Assembly: GCA_029564765.1 (NCBI GenBank)
Contig: JAKQPK010000075.1
Coordinates: forward strand, 4,603 to 68,602
Direction of reading: 5' to 3'
Source: Candidatus Omnitrophota bacterium
Lineage (GTDB): Bacteria > Omnitrophota > Gorgyraeia > Zapsychrales > Aceulaceae
Length of the DNA: 64,000 nt
Shown here piece by piece: positions 1 through 10,698 of this stretch; the stretch's first letter is position 1, and each line of letters opens with the position of its first letter. Both the position numbers and the translations under genes were made by a program. The notes under the pieces are model-generated. The model did no database searches. It saw only the letters and a program-made list of their open reading frames with translations, and was not told the origin of the DNA.

Positions 1-872
<872 letters not shown>

Positions 873-940
873 TAAATTTCAAGCTCGCGTTTCTTAATGT
901 GGTTTGTTTGCAATTACATAATTGTATATTTTTGGATATG

Positions 941-1057
941 TCCAGTGACATTGCCGAAGAGGAAACACCCGTTCCCATACCGAACACGGAAGTTAAGCTC
1001 TCTGGGGTCGATGGTACTACCTTCGCAAGGAGGCGGGAGAGTAGAAAGTTGCTGGGC
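941..1057 (+). rRNA. rrf: 5S rRNA
   Basis: The 5S consensus 'cccataccgaacacggaagttaagc...gatggtac' is present, with terminal helix 'ccagtgac'/'gttgctgg', about 70 nt downstream of the 23S end. Confidence 0.85.
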
Positions 1058-1063
1058 TAAAAT

Positions 1064-1106
1064 TTGCCCCGTATTCTTTTAAAAAAGAATACGGGGTTTT
1101 TTATTT
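1064..1106. terminator. Rho-independent terminator of the rRNA operon; it can also serve the convergent minus-strand gene
   Basis: Hairpin 'ccccgtattctttt-aaaaa-agaatacgggg' followed by 'ttttttatt'. Confidence 0.8.
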
Positions 1107-1653
1107 ACGATCTATTTGGAAACAATTTGTCGCGTTGGAAGGCGTAGCAAAATCCAGCGGTAAAGGATGGCAGTATCAAGAGGATAAATACGAGTGCGAC
1201 CGCGAGCGCTGTGATCGGGCTTGCGTGGGTAAATGCGCAAAGCGTTTTCCACTCGTAGGAGCGGCTTGCTAAAAGAAGTAATATCCTGGCCTCAAAATGT
1301 ATTTGCCAAACGATCGCTGGAAGCCAACGGACATGGAATGTGAACAAAAAGAGTGGAATGATGGACAGAAGCTCAGCGCCAAGGCTGATCAGGTTGAGAT
1401 AGTACATGATCCCATAGGTTTGATTAAAAGCCATTAAGACGCGGTAATATTTTTGGGCCATAGATTCGTCAACAAGGAATGTAAGAAAGATAAACAGCAT
1501 ACCTAACGTGTAAAGCACGAAATAGATCTTCCAAGCCCAATGTGTTTTATTTTTCATAGGTATTATTATGCCATAGCTTCCTAAAATCAGTAGTAGTTTT
1601 CTTGAATTCTCAGAATTCAATTTCTTTTTGGTGTTATTTTTGCGATAATACAT
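1105..1653 (-). CDS. Hypothetical polytopic membrane protein; the start is uncertain because the ORF extends to 1725 and overlaps the next gene's start
   Basis: A 206-aa ORF with about five hydrophobic helices. No family recognised. An internal Met at 1653 avoids overlap with the divergent gene. Confidence 0.4.
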   Translation of the reverse strand: MYYRKNNTKKKLNSENSRKLLLILGSYGIIIPMKNKTHWAWKIYFVLYTLGMLFIFLTFLVDESMAQKYYRVLMAFNQTYGIMYYLNLISLGAELLSIIPLFLFTFHVRWLPAIVWQIHFEARILLLLASRSYEWKTLCAFTHASPITALAVALVFILLILPSFTAGFCYAFQRDKLFPNRS

Positions 1654-1673
1654 GGTAATCAAAGAAGGAAAAG

Positions 1674-2072
1674 ATGAACCAAAATTTTTTCTCAGTCGTC
1701 GATACAATTTGCGAAAAGGATACACGCTATAAGCGTGAAGCCTATGAATTTGTCATGGAGGCGTTGACGTTCACTCAAAAGCGTTTTCGCCGCGATAAGC
1801 ATGTGACCGGTGAAGAACTTTTAGTTGGGATCAAGCAGCTTTTGCAGCGAAAATTCGGCTTAATGACCCTGACGGTCTTGCAGCACTGGGGTGTGCATGC
1901 CACAGAGGATTTCGGACATATTGTTTTCAACCTCGTCCACCACAAGGTCCTTAGCAAGACGGATGAGGATACACTGGAAAGCTTTCGCAATGGATACGAC
2001 TTCCATGAAGTTTTTCATGTTGGATACCGCAAGCGATTCCACCGGCAGATCAGCCGTTTACGCAACGTTTAA
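1674..2072 (+). CDS. Hypothetical cytoplasmic protein (132 aa)
   Basis: Clean ORF with RBS 'aaggaaaag' upstream. It sits directly upstream of lemA. No family recognised with confidence. Confidence 0.5.
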   Translation: MNQNFFSVVDTICEKDTRYKREAYEFVMEALTFTQKRFRRDKHVTGEELLVGIKQLLQRKFGLMTLTVLQHWGVHATEDFGHIVFNLVHHKVLSKTDEDTLESFRNGYDFHEVFHVGYRKRFHRQISRLRNV

Positions 2073-2087
2073 CACAAAGGAGGATGT

Positions 2088-2642
2088 ATGATCATTGCTA
2101 TGGTTCTTTTTGGATTGATCGTTTTGTCTTTTTTGTTTTCGGTCAGCATTTACAATCTTTTGATCGCGATGCGCCAGAACGTGAAGAATGGATGGTCGCA
2201 GATCGATGTCCAGCTCAAGCGTCGCCATGATCTGATCCCCAATCTTGTTGAGACCGCCAAAGGATACATGGCGCATGAAAAACAAACGCTTGAAAATGTG
2301 ATCAAAGCCCGTCAACAGGCTGTTGACGCCAGCGGTCTCAAGGATAAACAGCAAGCGGAGAATTTTCTTTCTAGCACGCTGAAAAGTCTTTTTGCTGTCG
2401 TTGAGAATTATCCCAACCTGAAAGCCGACCAACACATGCTTAAAGTTCAGGAAGAGCTTACGACAACGGAGAACAAGATCGCTTTTGCGCGCCAGTATTA
2501 CAACGATGAAGTCGCGCGCTTTAATACCGCGGTGCAAACATTTCCAAACAATGTGATCGCTGGTTTGTTCCATTTTACCAAAGAAGATTTTTTTGAGATC
2601 GTCAATCCAGCTGAGAAAGAAGCCCCGCAGGTCAAGTTTTAA
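2088..2642 (+). CDS. lemA: LemA family membrane protein
   Basis: N-terminal TM helix followed by the LemA-type sequence 'NGWSQIDVQLKRRHDLIPNLVETAKGY...NYPNLKADQ...YYNDEVARFNT'. RBS 'aaaggagg'. Confidence 0.85.
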   Translation: MIIAMVLFGLIVLSFLFSVSIYNLLIAMRQNVKNGWSQIDVQLKRRHDLIPNLVETAKGYMAHEKQTLENVIKARQQAVDASGLKDKQQAENFLSSTLKSLFAVVENYPNLKADQHMLKVQEELTTTENKIAFARQYYNDEVARFNTAVQTFPNNVIAGLFHFTKEDFFEIVNPAEKEAPQVKF

Positions 2643-2664
2643 ACGATTGATCCGATAAATTTCT

Positions 2665-4353
2665 ATGCCTTATTCTTTCACGCAGATCGAAAAAGAGAAA
2701 GGACGTGTGATTGCCTTTGTCTTTTCCGCCCTTCTTGCCTTTTACTTCGTCACAGCTTTTATTTTGTACGTCGCATGTAAGAATTTATTTTTTGCTCAGT
2801 ATACCCTCAAGCAATATCAGGCGCCGTTTCATTGGCAATGGATCTCCGGCACCGAGGCGTTATCGCTGTTTGCGATAGCATTTTTTTGCGGTATCGGTCA
2901 TTGGGTTTTTACGGTCAACGGCCTTGTTGAAAAGATCCTGGGTATCCTGAAAGCAGAGCGTCTTAATCCGGAAGACAAATACCATGCTGTATTTCGCAAT
3001 ATTATCGATGAGGTTTCTGTGGCAACTGGAGGAGTAAGGATCGAGGGTGTTGTGATCCCAGTTTGCGCCATGAACGCTTTTGCGATCTCGGATTTTAGCG
3101 GGCGCAATGTGATCGGCGTGACAGAAGGGCTTTTGGCAAGGCTTTCACGCGCTCAGCTTGAGGCTGTGGTCGGTCATGAGGCCGCGCATATCGTCTCAGG
3201 AGATTGCTTATCCACGACCGTTACAACCGCGATGTTCGAGATCTATCATTCGATTCGGCAGATCCTCGGCCATCTGATGACCAAGGGAAGATCAAGCAAG
3301 AACGGTGATTATGGTGTGATCCCTGGCATTTTTGTGATATACGTGTTGCTGAGCTTTGCCTCGTTCATGGGGCATCTTCTGCGTCTTTTTGTTTCACGGC
3401 AGCGCGAGCTGCGTGCGGATGCGATCGCGGTAAGATTAACGCGAGATCCTTTAAGCCTCGCCGAAGCCCTTTACAGTGTTTCATCTCGCTGGAGAGGCGC
3501 GGGACTTGCGGGTGAGGAATTGGAAGCCATTTTTATCGTTAATCCACGATTTGATCAGCTGGACGAGAAAGAAGGATTGATCGCAAATATATTTTCAACA
3601 CATCCGCCGGTATCCAAAAGACTCAAGGTGCTTCTGGATATGGCGCGCAGCGATGTGTCTGCTTTGGAAAGAAAATGGCAGGAGCAAAGGGGTCGTCCTC
3701 GCGTTCTAGCCCCAGAGACACGTTCAGCTCGGGCTGATCCATTGTCAGCCGATCAAGAAAAAAAGTGGATCGTCAACAAGGAGGGTCAATGGCAAGGGCC
3801 GTTCTCTTTGCCGGATCTAATGAATCTTGGATGGATGCGATCCGATACGTGGATCAAGAAGATAGGAGTGGGAGAAGTCCAGCAAGCGTTTGAAAATGCT
3901 GAGATCAGGGATTTTTTGTGGAAAAAAGAACAGCAGACAGGTTTTAGTTGTCCTCACTGTCGTGTGGGTCTTTTTTCCGATCGCTATGAAGGGGCAAGCA
4001 TTTATTATTGTCCTAGCTGTAATGGAGCGTTCGTGAAAGAAAATAATGTTCATCGGATCATAATCCGTCAGGACTATGAGTTCTCTGAACGGATCAAGGA
4101 AGCCGCGCGTAAATTTTATGCGCAAACACGCAGGGATCTGCCGAAGGTTGATCTGACTCCTGCCAGTCTTTATTATTGTCCGCAGTGTCAGAAACCGAAA
4201 GTAAAGATGATGCGTATGCTTTATACGTTAGCCTATCCGGTGATCGTGGATAAGTGTAGCTTTTGCGGATTTCTTTGGTTCGATAAAGATGAGCTGGAGA
4301 TCTTGCAGTGTATGATCGAGGACGCCAATCGTGAAAACGCAAAGCCCGCTTAA
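2665..4353 (+). CDS. M48-family (HtpX-like) zinc metallopeptidase fused to a GYF-like (DUF4339-type) domain and two C-terminal zinc-ribbon (zf-TFIIB-like) modules
   Basis: HExxH motif 'VGHEAAHIV', N-terminal TM helices, 'NPRFDQLD...FSTHPPVSKRL', then 'KKWIVNKEGQWQGPFSLPDLMNLGW', then CPHC...CPSC and CPQC...CSFC zinc-ribbon pairs. LemA+M48 is a known conserved gene pair. Confidence 0.8.
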   Translation: MPYSFTQIEKEKGRVIAFVFSALLAFYFVTAFILYVACKNLFFAQYTLKQYQAPFHWQWISGTEALSLFAIAFFCGIGHWVFTVNGLVEKILGILKAERLNPEDKYHAVFRNIIDEVSVATGGVRIEGVVIPVCAMNAFAISDFSGRNVIGVTEGLLARLSRAQLEAVVGHEAAHIVSGDCLSTTVTTAMFEIYHSIRQILGHLMTKGRSSKNGDYGVIPGIFVIYVLLSFASFMGHLLRLFVSRQRELRADAIAVRLTRDPLSLAEALYSVSSRWRGAGLAGEELEAIFIVNPRFDQLDEKEGLIANIFSTHPPVSKRLKVLLDMARSDVSALERKWQEQRGRPRVLAPETRSARADPLSADQEKKWIVNKEGQWQGPFSLPDLMNLGWMRSDTWIKKIGVGEVQQAFENAEIRDFLWKKEQQTGFSCPHCRVGLFSDRYEGASIYYCPSCNGAFVKENNVHRIIIRQDYEFSERIKEAARKFYAQTRRDLPKVDLTPASLYYCPQCQKPKVKMMRMLYTLAYPVIVDKCSFCGFLWFDKDELEILQCMIEDANRENAKPA

Positions 4354-5698
4354 GATTTCTATCCAACGCTTGAAGTTGTTCGAAGTCGCCAGAACAACCG
4401 TTGCCGTTGCGATTGCGTGCATTTTCTTTTTTTATCCCGCGACAGTTTGTTTTAAGATAATCTTCGACCCGTCATTAAGAAATGGAGGGATTTCAGCTTA
4501 TACTGTTGCGCAGTTTCCAAAGGTTTCTGATCGATTTCGGAAATGGGCTGTTGCATATACAAGTTCGCAGCGGGCCGAAAAAGTTGATCTTTCGAACTGC
4601 GCAGCAACAGAATGGCCGATATTTGGCTCAGTTTTTTATTTGTTAGCCGCGGAAGAGATCCAGAGAATAGTCCTGGATCGTCACGATCCCGATGCTGACA
4701 AAATACGGCTGGCGATCAAAAACGCCTCTGAGGCGGCCATCGAGGTTGTTGTGGATCCGAAGACAGCTTCATGGGTTAAGCAAAAATGGGGTGAATCTTA
4801 TCTGAGCAAGGAAAATGTTTTTTATCGGATGCTTTTGATTATGGGTTTATCAAGCTATGAGAATGTTACAGCAGATAGCAAATATCGATTATTGTTGAAA
4901 AGCCAAGCTGAGTCCCTTGCCGCTGAGCTTGACGCAGCGCCTTATCATGTCTTAGATGATTATCCTGGTGAATGTTATCCGAGTGACGTGCTGTGGGCCG
5001 TTGCCGCTATCCTTAGGTCTGACCGTATTCTTGGATCTGATCACTCGCATTTAAAAGACGGCCTAATAAAAGCTTTTTTAGCAAGATCGTTGACGAAGGA
5101 AGGATTGCCGGCTTATGCGGTTGATAAGAACACAGGCTTTCCTACCGCTGTCGCTCGAGGTTGCGCAAACTCAGGAATTCTTATTTTTGCCTCAGAACTA
5201 AACGCAGAGATCGCACAGCAGTGGTATGGAAAGCACGAAAAATATTTTTGGCAAGAGAATCGCTGGATCAGGGGATTTCGTGAGTTTACGCGTGATCATA
5301 GTGGCGAATGGCGTGATGTCGATACGGGCCCTATCATTGGCGGCTACGGCTCCGTTGCGTCATTATTTGGCATTGGGGCAGCACGTACTGTTGGGAGGAT
5401 GGATCATAGCGTGCCGTTAACGATGGAGGTCTTTGCTTTATCTTGGCCGTCACCGTTCGGGCTTCTTATTCCAAGCTTTCTTTCGTATGTAGGGACAGGT
5501 GCGGAATGTCTTGGTGATGTTGCGGTTGTCTTTTTAATGACGCGCCCTATTGCATCAGAATATTTTGTGTCTTTTGACGGAAGCATTCCGCTTATTGTTT
5601 GGATAGCCTTGGGTTTTTATGTAGCAGGCGGCGCGCTCATACTTGTTGATCAATGGTTTTATTGGGTAAAGATCTTGCAAAGAAAAAGGAGGGAGTGA
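4331..5698 (+). CDS. Hypothetical membrane-associated protein (455 aa)
   Basis: Long ORF that overlaps the previous stop. It has an N-terminal TM helix and a C-terminal hydrophobic region. No family recognised. Confidence 0.5.
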   Translation: MKTQSPLKISIQRLKLFEVARTTVAVAIACIFFFYPATVCFKIIFDPSLRNGGISAYTVAQFPKVSDRFRKWAVAYTSSQRAEKVDLSNCAATEWPIFGSVFYLLAAEEIQRIVLDRHDPDADKIRLAIKNASEAAIEVVVDPKTASWVKQKWGESYLSKENVFYRMLLIMGLSSYENVTADSKYRLLLKSQAESLAAELDAAPYHVLDDYPGECYPSDVLWAVAAILRSDRILGSDHSHLKDGLIKAFLARSLTKEGLPAYAVDKNTGFPTAVARGCANSGILIFASELNAEIAQQWYGKHEKYFWQENRWIRGFREFTRDHSGEWRDVDTGPIIGGYGSVASLFGIGAARTVGRMDHSVPLTMEVFALSWPSPFGLLIPSFLSYVGTGAECLGDVAVVFLMTRPIASEYFVSFDGSIPLIVWIALGFYVAGGALILVDQWFYWVKILQRKRRE

Positions 5699-6159
5699 TG
5701 GGGAATATTCTTATCACTGTGTATGCGCTAAGCACCATCGTCGGATTGGTTGCATGCCTTAAGGCTCATCAGAAGTTTTTAAGGTCTTTTGATTGGGTCA
5801 TTTTGTCGGCGGGAACGCTTATCGGGACGACATGCGTCGTGATTTTAGTATATTTTTGGTTGCGAATGAGCGGTGGCGGAGGAACAATAAGACTTTTTGT
5901 CGGCTTATTCACTTTTGCCTTCGGATGGGCCGTTCCTTTCTTAACATTTAGTTATATTTTAGGTCATGCAGCTAGAAAAAAAGCGATGCAGGAGGGAAGA
6001 CCCTCATTTTTTCCGGTAGTGATAGCTTTTGTTTTGTCAGCCTTGGCAGCGCCAGTGCTGAATGGTATTTTTATGATCGCTGTATCCTTTACCACGCTGC
6101 CCTTATTGCAAATGTTAAGACCGTTCTTAAGGCCACTGGAAAATATTTTATTCAGTTAA
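5698..6159 (+). CDS. Small polytopic membrane protein
   Basis: ATG overlaps the upstream stop (TGATG) with RBS 'aaaggaggga'. About four TM helices. The ORF-track start at 5653 is probably an extension. Confidence 0.5.
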   Translation: MGNILITVYALSTIVGLVACLKAHQKFLRSFDWVILSAGTLIGTTCVVILVYFWLRMSGGGGTIRLFVGLFTFAFGWAVPFLTFSYILGHAARKKAMQEGRPSFFPVVIAFVLSALAAPVLNGIFMIAVSFTTLPLLQMLRPFLRPLENILFS

Positions 6160-6180
6160 TTTGTTGAGAGGAGGTAAGAA

Positions 6181-6585
6181 ATGAATTATGTTCTTTTTGG
6201 CATGATTTATGTTCTAGCCATCATTGTTTTCGTCAGGGTGTGTTGGGCGCACAGGCAAATCCTGTCATGGCCATGGGCCGTGGCCTTCTTTTTATACTAC
6301 TATCTTCAATTTGGTTTTAATGTCTTTGGCCGGATGACCGGATATCATCCGCCATCTGGCCTGTGGGGTGTGCTTATCGTTTGGGGATTTTATTCCTTAG
6401 CTCCTTGGGGCGCGCTGGTTACGGCCATTGTGATGCGATATCAAAGAGCAGGGGGTATCAGAAAGAATCTTATCAAGATCACCGCAGAAGCTTTATTATT
6501 GCTCCCGGTTGTCCTGATCATAACAGCTATGATGTTCCAGCTGAGCATCCTTCTTTTTTATCCACGCTATGACTATATGGGTTGA
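6181..6585 (+). CDS. Small polytopic membrane protein
   Basis: RBS 'gagaggaggtaagaaATG'. Four predicted TM helices. Confidence 0.55.
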   Translation: MNYVLFGMIYVLAIIVFVRVCWAHRQILSWPWAVAFFLYYYLQFGFNVFGRMTGYHPPSGLWGVLIVWGFYSLAPWGALVTAIVMRYQRAGGIRKNLIKITAEALLLLPVVLIITAMMFQLSILLFYPRYDYMG

Positions 6586-6609
6586 TGATCCTGAGTTAGG
6601 GAAGTAATC

Positions 6610-8703
6610 ATGAAAACGCAAAATCTGTCTGATATTTCCATCCAATATTTAAAAGGTGTCGGCCCTCAGCGCAAAAAGGTGTTTGAGCGCCTAGGTGTTG
6701 AAACCATTGAGGACCTTTTGTATTTCTTCCCTCGACACTATGAAGACCGCCGCCAAATGACGCCGCTGGCGAAACTTAAGGTCGGTGAGTGGCAGACCGT
6801 GACAGGCAAGATCGCAAATCATTCTGGCCGTCGCAGTTGGTATACCAAAAAGCATGTTTACGAAGTGGAGGTTGGCGACGCAACCTCGCGCGTTTTTTGT
6901 GTTTGGTTCAATCGTCCTTATCTAGATCGATATTTTAAGGCAGGTCAGCAGATCGTTGTTTACGGCAAGGTCGATATTTATAAGGATCGCTTTCAGATCG
7001 TTTCTCCGGATTATGAGATCATTGCTGATGATGAAGAGGATCGCGCGCTAAGTGTTGACCGCATTGTTCCCGTCTATCCGATGACGCGAGGCATGACCCA
7101 GCGATCATTGCGTAAAGCTGTCAAGCAGTGCCTTGAAAAGTACGCGTCAAGCCTTCAGGACATCCTGCCGTATGATATTCGCACAAAATATGCGCTGCAC
7201 AATCTTGTAAAAAGCCTCTGGAGTATCCATTTTCCAGACAAGCCAGAAGATCAGGCAGTAGCTTATCGCAGAGTATCATTCGAAGAATTCTTTTTATTCC
7301 AGATCTCTGTATTATTGCGCCGCCAGAGTATCGTGACCAAAGACGGCATCGCCCACGCGATCAGCGATGAATTCTGTCGGGATTTCGAACGCTTATTTTC
7401 TTTTGTGCTTACTCAGTCCCAGAAAGATGTCATCAGGGAAGTTGCTAAAGACCTTAAAAGCAATTCTCCGATGCACCGGCTTTTGCAAGGGGATGTGGGT
7501 TGCGGTAAGACCGTTGTGGCTTTTTTTGGGTGTTTGGCTTCTGTGCGCAATGGCTATCAGGCTGCCATCATGGCGCCTACGGAAATTTTAGCCCGGCAAC
7601 ATTACGAAAATCTTGTAAAGACGATCGCTGGATCGCCGTTTCGCGATATTCGTCCTTGCCTTTTGATCAGTGATCTTGATGTGAAAAGCCGTGCGCAGGC
7701 ACTTGCCGCGATCCAAGAGGGAGCGATCGATATTGTGGTCGGAACGCACGCGCTTATTCAAGATGCGGTCAATTTTAGATCCTTAAGCTTTGTTGTGATC
7801 GATGAACAGCATAAATTTGGGGTGCGCCAGCGCGCCCTTTTGTCCGCTAAAGGCAAAAATCCAGATGTCCTGGTCATGACCGCCACGCCGATTCCCAGAA
7901 CCCTGTGTCTAACGCTTTATGGTGATCTGGATGTGTCAACGATCAGCGAGATCCCTCCAGGACGAGGAAGTTTATGCACGACGTTGTTCGCCCAGCAGGA
8001 TGCCGGGAAAGCGTATGAGATCGTTCGTCAAGCGGTTGCGCGTGGAGAACAGACATATATTGTTTATCCGATCATTGATGAATCTGAAGATCTTGACCTT
8101 AAATCCGCTCAGGAAATGTATAAGACCTTGCAGAAAGGCGAATTGAAGGGTTTTCGGCTTGGCCTTCTGCACGGGCAGATGAAAAAACAGCAGACTCAGG
8201 ATGTCATGCGTCAGTTTTTGAACAAAGAACTTGATGTATTAGTCGCGACAACAGTGTTAGAAGTCGGCGTTGACGTGCCTAATGCCACCGTGATGGTCGT
8301 TGAGCATGCGGATCGCTTTGGCCTGGCTCAGTTACATCAGCTTCGAGGGCGTATTGGCCGAGGAGCGCTAGATGCACAGTGTGTTCTCGTTGCGGATCTG
8401 GCGACTCCCCAGGCCCAGGCGCGCCTAGAGGTCCTTTTGTCAACGCGTGATGGCTTTCAGATCGCCCAACAAGACCTTCTGATCCGCGGCCCTGGAGAAT
8501 TTTTTGGCCGTCATCAGCACGGGCTCAATGAGCTTAGGATCGCTAATCCGCAGACGCAGCTAGATATTCTAGAAGAAGCCCGCCAGGAGGCGATCGGCAT
8601 CTTAGCAAAAGACCCCAAGCTTTCAGACGTCAATCATGCTATAATTCAAAAAACAATTTTGAAGCGGTACCCAAGTTATCTGGGGAATATATTGTCGGGA
8701 TAA
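6610..8703 (+). CDS. recG: ATP-dependent DNA helicase RecG
   Basis: N-terminal 'IQYLKGVGPQRKKVFERLGVETIEDLLYFFPRHYEDRR' wedge region, Walker A 'GDVGCGKT', DEQH box, 'QLHQLRGRIGRG'. Confidence 0.95.
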   Translation: MKTQNLSDISIQYLKGVGPQRKKVFERLGVETIEDLLYFFPRHYEDRRQMTPLAKLKVGEWQTVTGKIANHSGRRSWYTKKHVYEVEVGDATSRVFCVWFNRPYLDRYFKAGQQIVVYGKVDIYKDRFQIVSPDYEIIADDEEDRALSVDRIVPVYPMTRGMTQRSLRKAVKQCLEKYASSLQDILPYDIRTKYALHNLVKSLWSIHFPDKPEDQAVAYRRVSFEEFFLFQISVLLRRQSIVTKDGIAHAISDEFCRDFERLFSFVLTQSQKDVIREVAKDLKSNSPMHRLLQGDVGCGKTVVAFFGCLASVRNGYQAAIMAPTEILARQHYENLVKTIAGSPFRDIRPCLLISDLDVKSRAQALAAIQEGAIDIVVGTHALIQDAVNFRSLSFVVIDEQHKFGVRQRALLSAKGKNPDVLVMTATPIPRTLCLTLYGDLDVSTISEIPPGRGSLCTTLFAQQDAGKAYEIVRQAVARGEQTYIVYPIIDESEDLDLKSAQEMYKTLQKGELKGFRLGLLHGQMKKQQTQDVMRQFLNKELDVLVATTVLEVGVDVPNATVMVVEHADRFGLAQLHQLRGRIGRGALDAQCVLVADLATPQAQARLEVLLSTRDGFQIAQQDLLIRGPGEFFGRHQHGLNELRIANPQTQLDILEEARQEAIGILAKDPKLSDVNHAIIQKTILKRYPSYLGNILSG

Positions 8704-8711
8704 AATAATTA

Positions 8712-8864
8712 AAAATTCAAAAGTCAAACGTCAAAATTAAAAGATGAGAAAAAAGTAAAAAGAAAGGCGCTAAATTCGCCGATGTTTTGGCGTTAGTATT
8801 CAGCGAAATGAACAACATAGTAACTGTTGTTGATCATTGTTTTTATTTTTGACTTTTGAATTTT
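8712..8864. repeat. MITE-like non-coding element bounded by a perfect 17-bp inverted repeat 'aaaattcaaaagtcaaa'/'tttgacttttgaatttt'
   Basis: The IR arms are about 120 bp apart and enclose internal hairpins ('aacaaca-tagtaac-tgttgtt'). The same 'aaagtcaaa' terminal motif bounds the element at 10699-10802 and the four-helix-bundle cassette at 28814-29287. Confidence 0.55.
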
Positions 8865-8879
8865 AAATTTTGGATCACT

Positions 8880-9452
8880 ATGCGCATACTATCAGGTCGT
8901 CTCAAAGGAAAAAATTTTTATATGCCTTTTGGCATACGCCCCACATCTGATGTGATGCGTAAATCATTATTCGATTTTCTTGACTCTTATATTCAAGGAT
9001 GTGATTTCATTGATATTTTTTCTGGAAGCGGGGCTGTTGGGCTGGAGGCGATGTCCAGAGGCGCGAAAAATGTCACGTTCGTAGAAAAAGACCTAAAAGC
9101 TGCTAGCGTTATTGAGGAAAATCTGATGCTTTTAGCGCTACCCCTGGCCGAGCGTAAGGACCGCTATTTTAACGTTTTCAAAAAAGATGCGCTATCCGCT
9201 ATTAAAGAATTATTTTCCCAGAAAAAGGCCTTTGATATTGTCTTTATTGACCCTCCTTACGGCAAAGGGCTGGTAAAAAAAGCCTTGAAAACCCTCGAGG
9301 GCTATGATATATTGAAACCCAATTCATTGCTGATTTTTCAACACGAAAAACATGAGGCTTTGCCGCAGACGCAAGGCCGTTTTTCTGTTATAAGGGTAAA
9401 GAAGTTCGGGTCATCATTGCTGACCATCTACAGGAGAACGAGTGATGTCTAG
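8880..9452 (+). CDS. rsmD: 16S rRNA (guanine966-N2)-methyltransferase RsmD
   Basis: 'RILSGRLKGK...P..IRPTSDVMRKSLFDFL', 'DIFSGSGAVGLEA', 'DIVFIDPPY'. The ATG at 8880 is chosen over the ORF-track start at 8856, which overlaps the IR element. Confidence 0.8.
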   Translation: MRILSGRLKGKNFYMPFGIRPTSDVMRKSLFDFLDSYIQGCDFIDIFSGSGAVGLEAMSRGAKNVTFVEKDLKAASVIEENLMLLALPLAERKDRYFNVFKKDALSAIKELFSQKKAFDIVFIDPPYGKGLVKKALKTLEGYDILKPNSLLIFQHEKHEALPQTQGRFSVIRVKKFGSSLLTIYRRTSDV

Positions 9453-9927
9453 GTTGGCCATTTATCCAGGCACGTTTGACCCCATCACATATGGGCATAT
9501 CGATATTATCGCGAGAACTCGCCGTCTTTTTCCACAGGTTGTCGTTGCGGTCGCTCAAACATCCCGCAAGAATTTACTTTTTGATATTGATGAACGCGTA
9601 CGCATGGTCCGTCAGGCCGTCAAGGGCTTATCCGGGGTTCGCGTTGAAGCGTTCAACGGCCTCGTGGTAGATGTCGCGAAAAAATACGATACGAATATCC
9701 TGATCCGTGGATTGAGGATGGTATCGGACTTTGAGTATGAATTTCAGATGGCCTTAACTAATCGCCGTTTGGCTGGCAAGGTCGAGACTGTTTTCTTGAT
9801 GCCGTCCGAACAATATTCGTTTATTTCATCGACCTTGCTCAAAGAAGTCGCGCGTCTTGGGGCGGACATCTCAACGCTTGTGCCAAAGCATGTCGAGAAA
9901 AAGCTTAAGGCAAAGCTTGCATCATGA
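9442..9927 (+). CDS. coaD: Phosphopantetheine adenylyltransferase
   Basis: 'AIYPGTFDPITYGHIDII' is the nucleotidyltransferase H/T-x-G-H motif. Length 161 aa. Confidence 0.9.
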   Translation: MMSRLAIYPGTFDPITYGHIDIIARTRRLFPQVVVAVAQTSRKNLLFDIDERVRMVRQAVKGLSGVRVEAFNGLVVDVAKKYDTNILIRGLRMVSDFEYEFQMALTNRRLAGKVETVFLMPSEQYSFISSTLLKEVARLGADISTLVPKHVEKKLKAKLAS

Positions 9928-10340
9928 AATTTGATATTCGCAGTATTTCTTCGACAGGATGTGCTGTTGAAGGTTTCTTGAAACAAGAAGATTTTTGTGT
10001 TCGTATTCATGAGATCGAATGCCTTGCGCCTATTCAGCTTTCCGGCAGAATAGAAAAAACTTCAGCAATGGTCAGAGCGCAGATCAATGTAAAAACAGTC
10101 TTTCGTTATATATGTGGCCGCTGCCTAGAAACGTGTGATAAAGAGTTTTGTGAGCATCTTGATCTTCATTATCCTGTTGAGTCGCAAGAGAACTACATTG
10201 ATATCGGCGAAGATGTTCGCCAGGAGATCCTGCTGGGATTCCCGGACCGCGTCGTGTGTCAAGACCAATGCAAGGGCTTGTGTCCAAGGTGCGGCGTGAA
10301 TTTAAATCAGGAACAGTGCGGGTGCGGAAAGAATGAGTAA
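9924..10340 (+). CDS. yceD: DUF177 / YceD-family protein (large-subunit ribosomal accumulation protein), located upstream of rpmF
   Basis: Conserved position before rpmF-plsX. CxxC...CxxC pattern 'CGRCLE...CPRCGVNLN'. Confidence 0.7.
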   Translation: MKFDIRSISSTGCAVEGFLKQEDFCVRIHEIECLAPIQLSGRIEKTSAMVRAQINVKTVFRYICGRCLETCDKEFCEHLDLHYPVESQENYIDIGEDVRQEILLGFPDRVVCQDQCKGLCPRCGVNLNQEQCGCGKNE

Positions 10341-10492
10341 GGGGGTAAAGGATTAAAGGATTTCAGGGCTTAAGGTTTATTGGGTTGACTCAAAGAACTC
10401 AGCAAACCCTATAAATTTTGTGAATTCTTTATTCCTCTAACCCTATAACCTTTTAACCTTTTATCAATTTACTTTTAAAATAGGAGCCTAAT

Positions 10493-10690
10493 ATGCCATT
10501 ACCAAAAAGACAACATTCTAAGCAGCGTGGACGTAAGCGTCGCACGCATTGGAAGATCGCGATGCCGAATCTAAGCGTTTGCGGCCAGTGCGGTAAACAG
10601 GTTTTGCCGCATCGCGTTTGTCCTTTTTGCGGATCTTACAAAGGACAACAAGTTATTGTCATTAAGACAAAAGAGAAGAAAAAGAAATAG
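10493..10690 (+). CDS. rpmF: 50S ribosomal protein L32
   Basis: 'MPLPKRQHSKQRGRKRRTHWK...CGQCGK...CPFCG'. Confidence 0.9.
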   Translation: MPLPKRQHSKQRGRKRRTHWKIAMPNLSVCGQCGKQVLPHRVCPFCGSYKGQQVIVIKTKEKKKK

Positions 10691-10698
10691 GTCAAGAT

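Noticed and set aside
1775-2573. Antisense or overlapping ORFs (1775-1990-, 1860-2042-, 1891-2091+, 2058-2573-)
   Set aside because: They overlap the better-supported 1674-2072 and lemA genes on the opposite strand or in an alternative frame. They have no RBS and no family signal.
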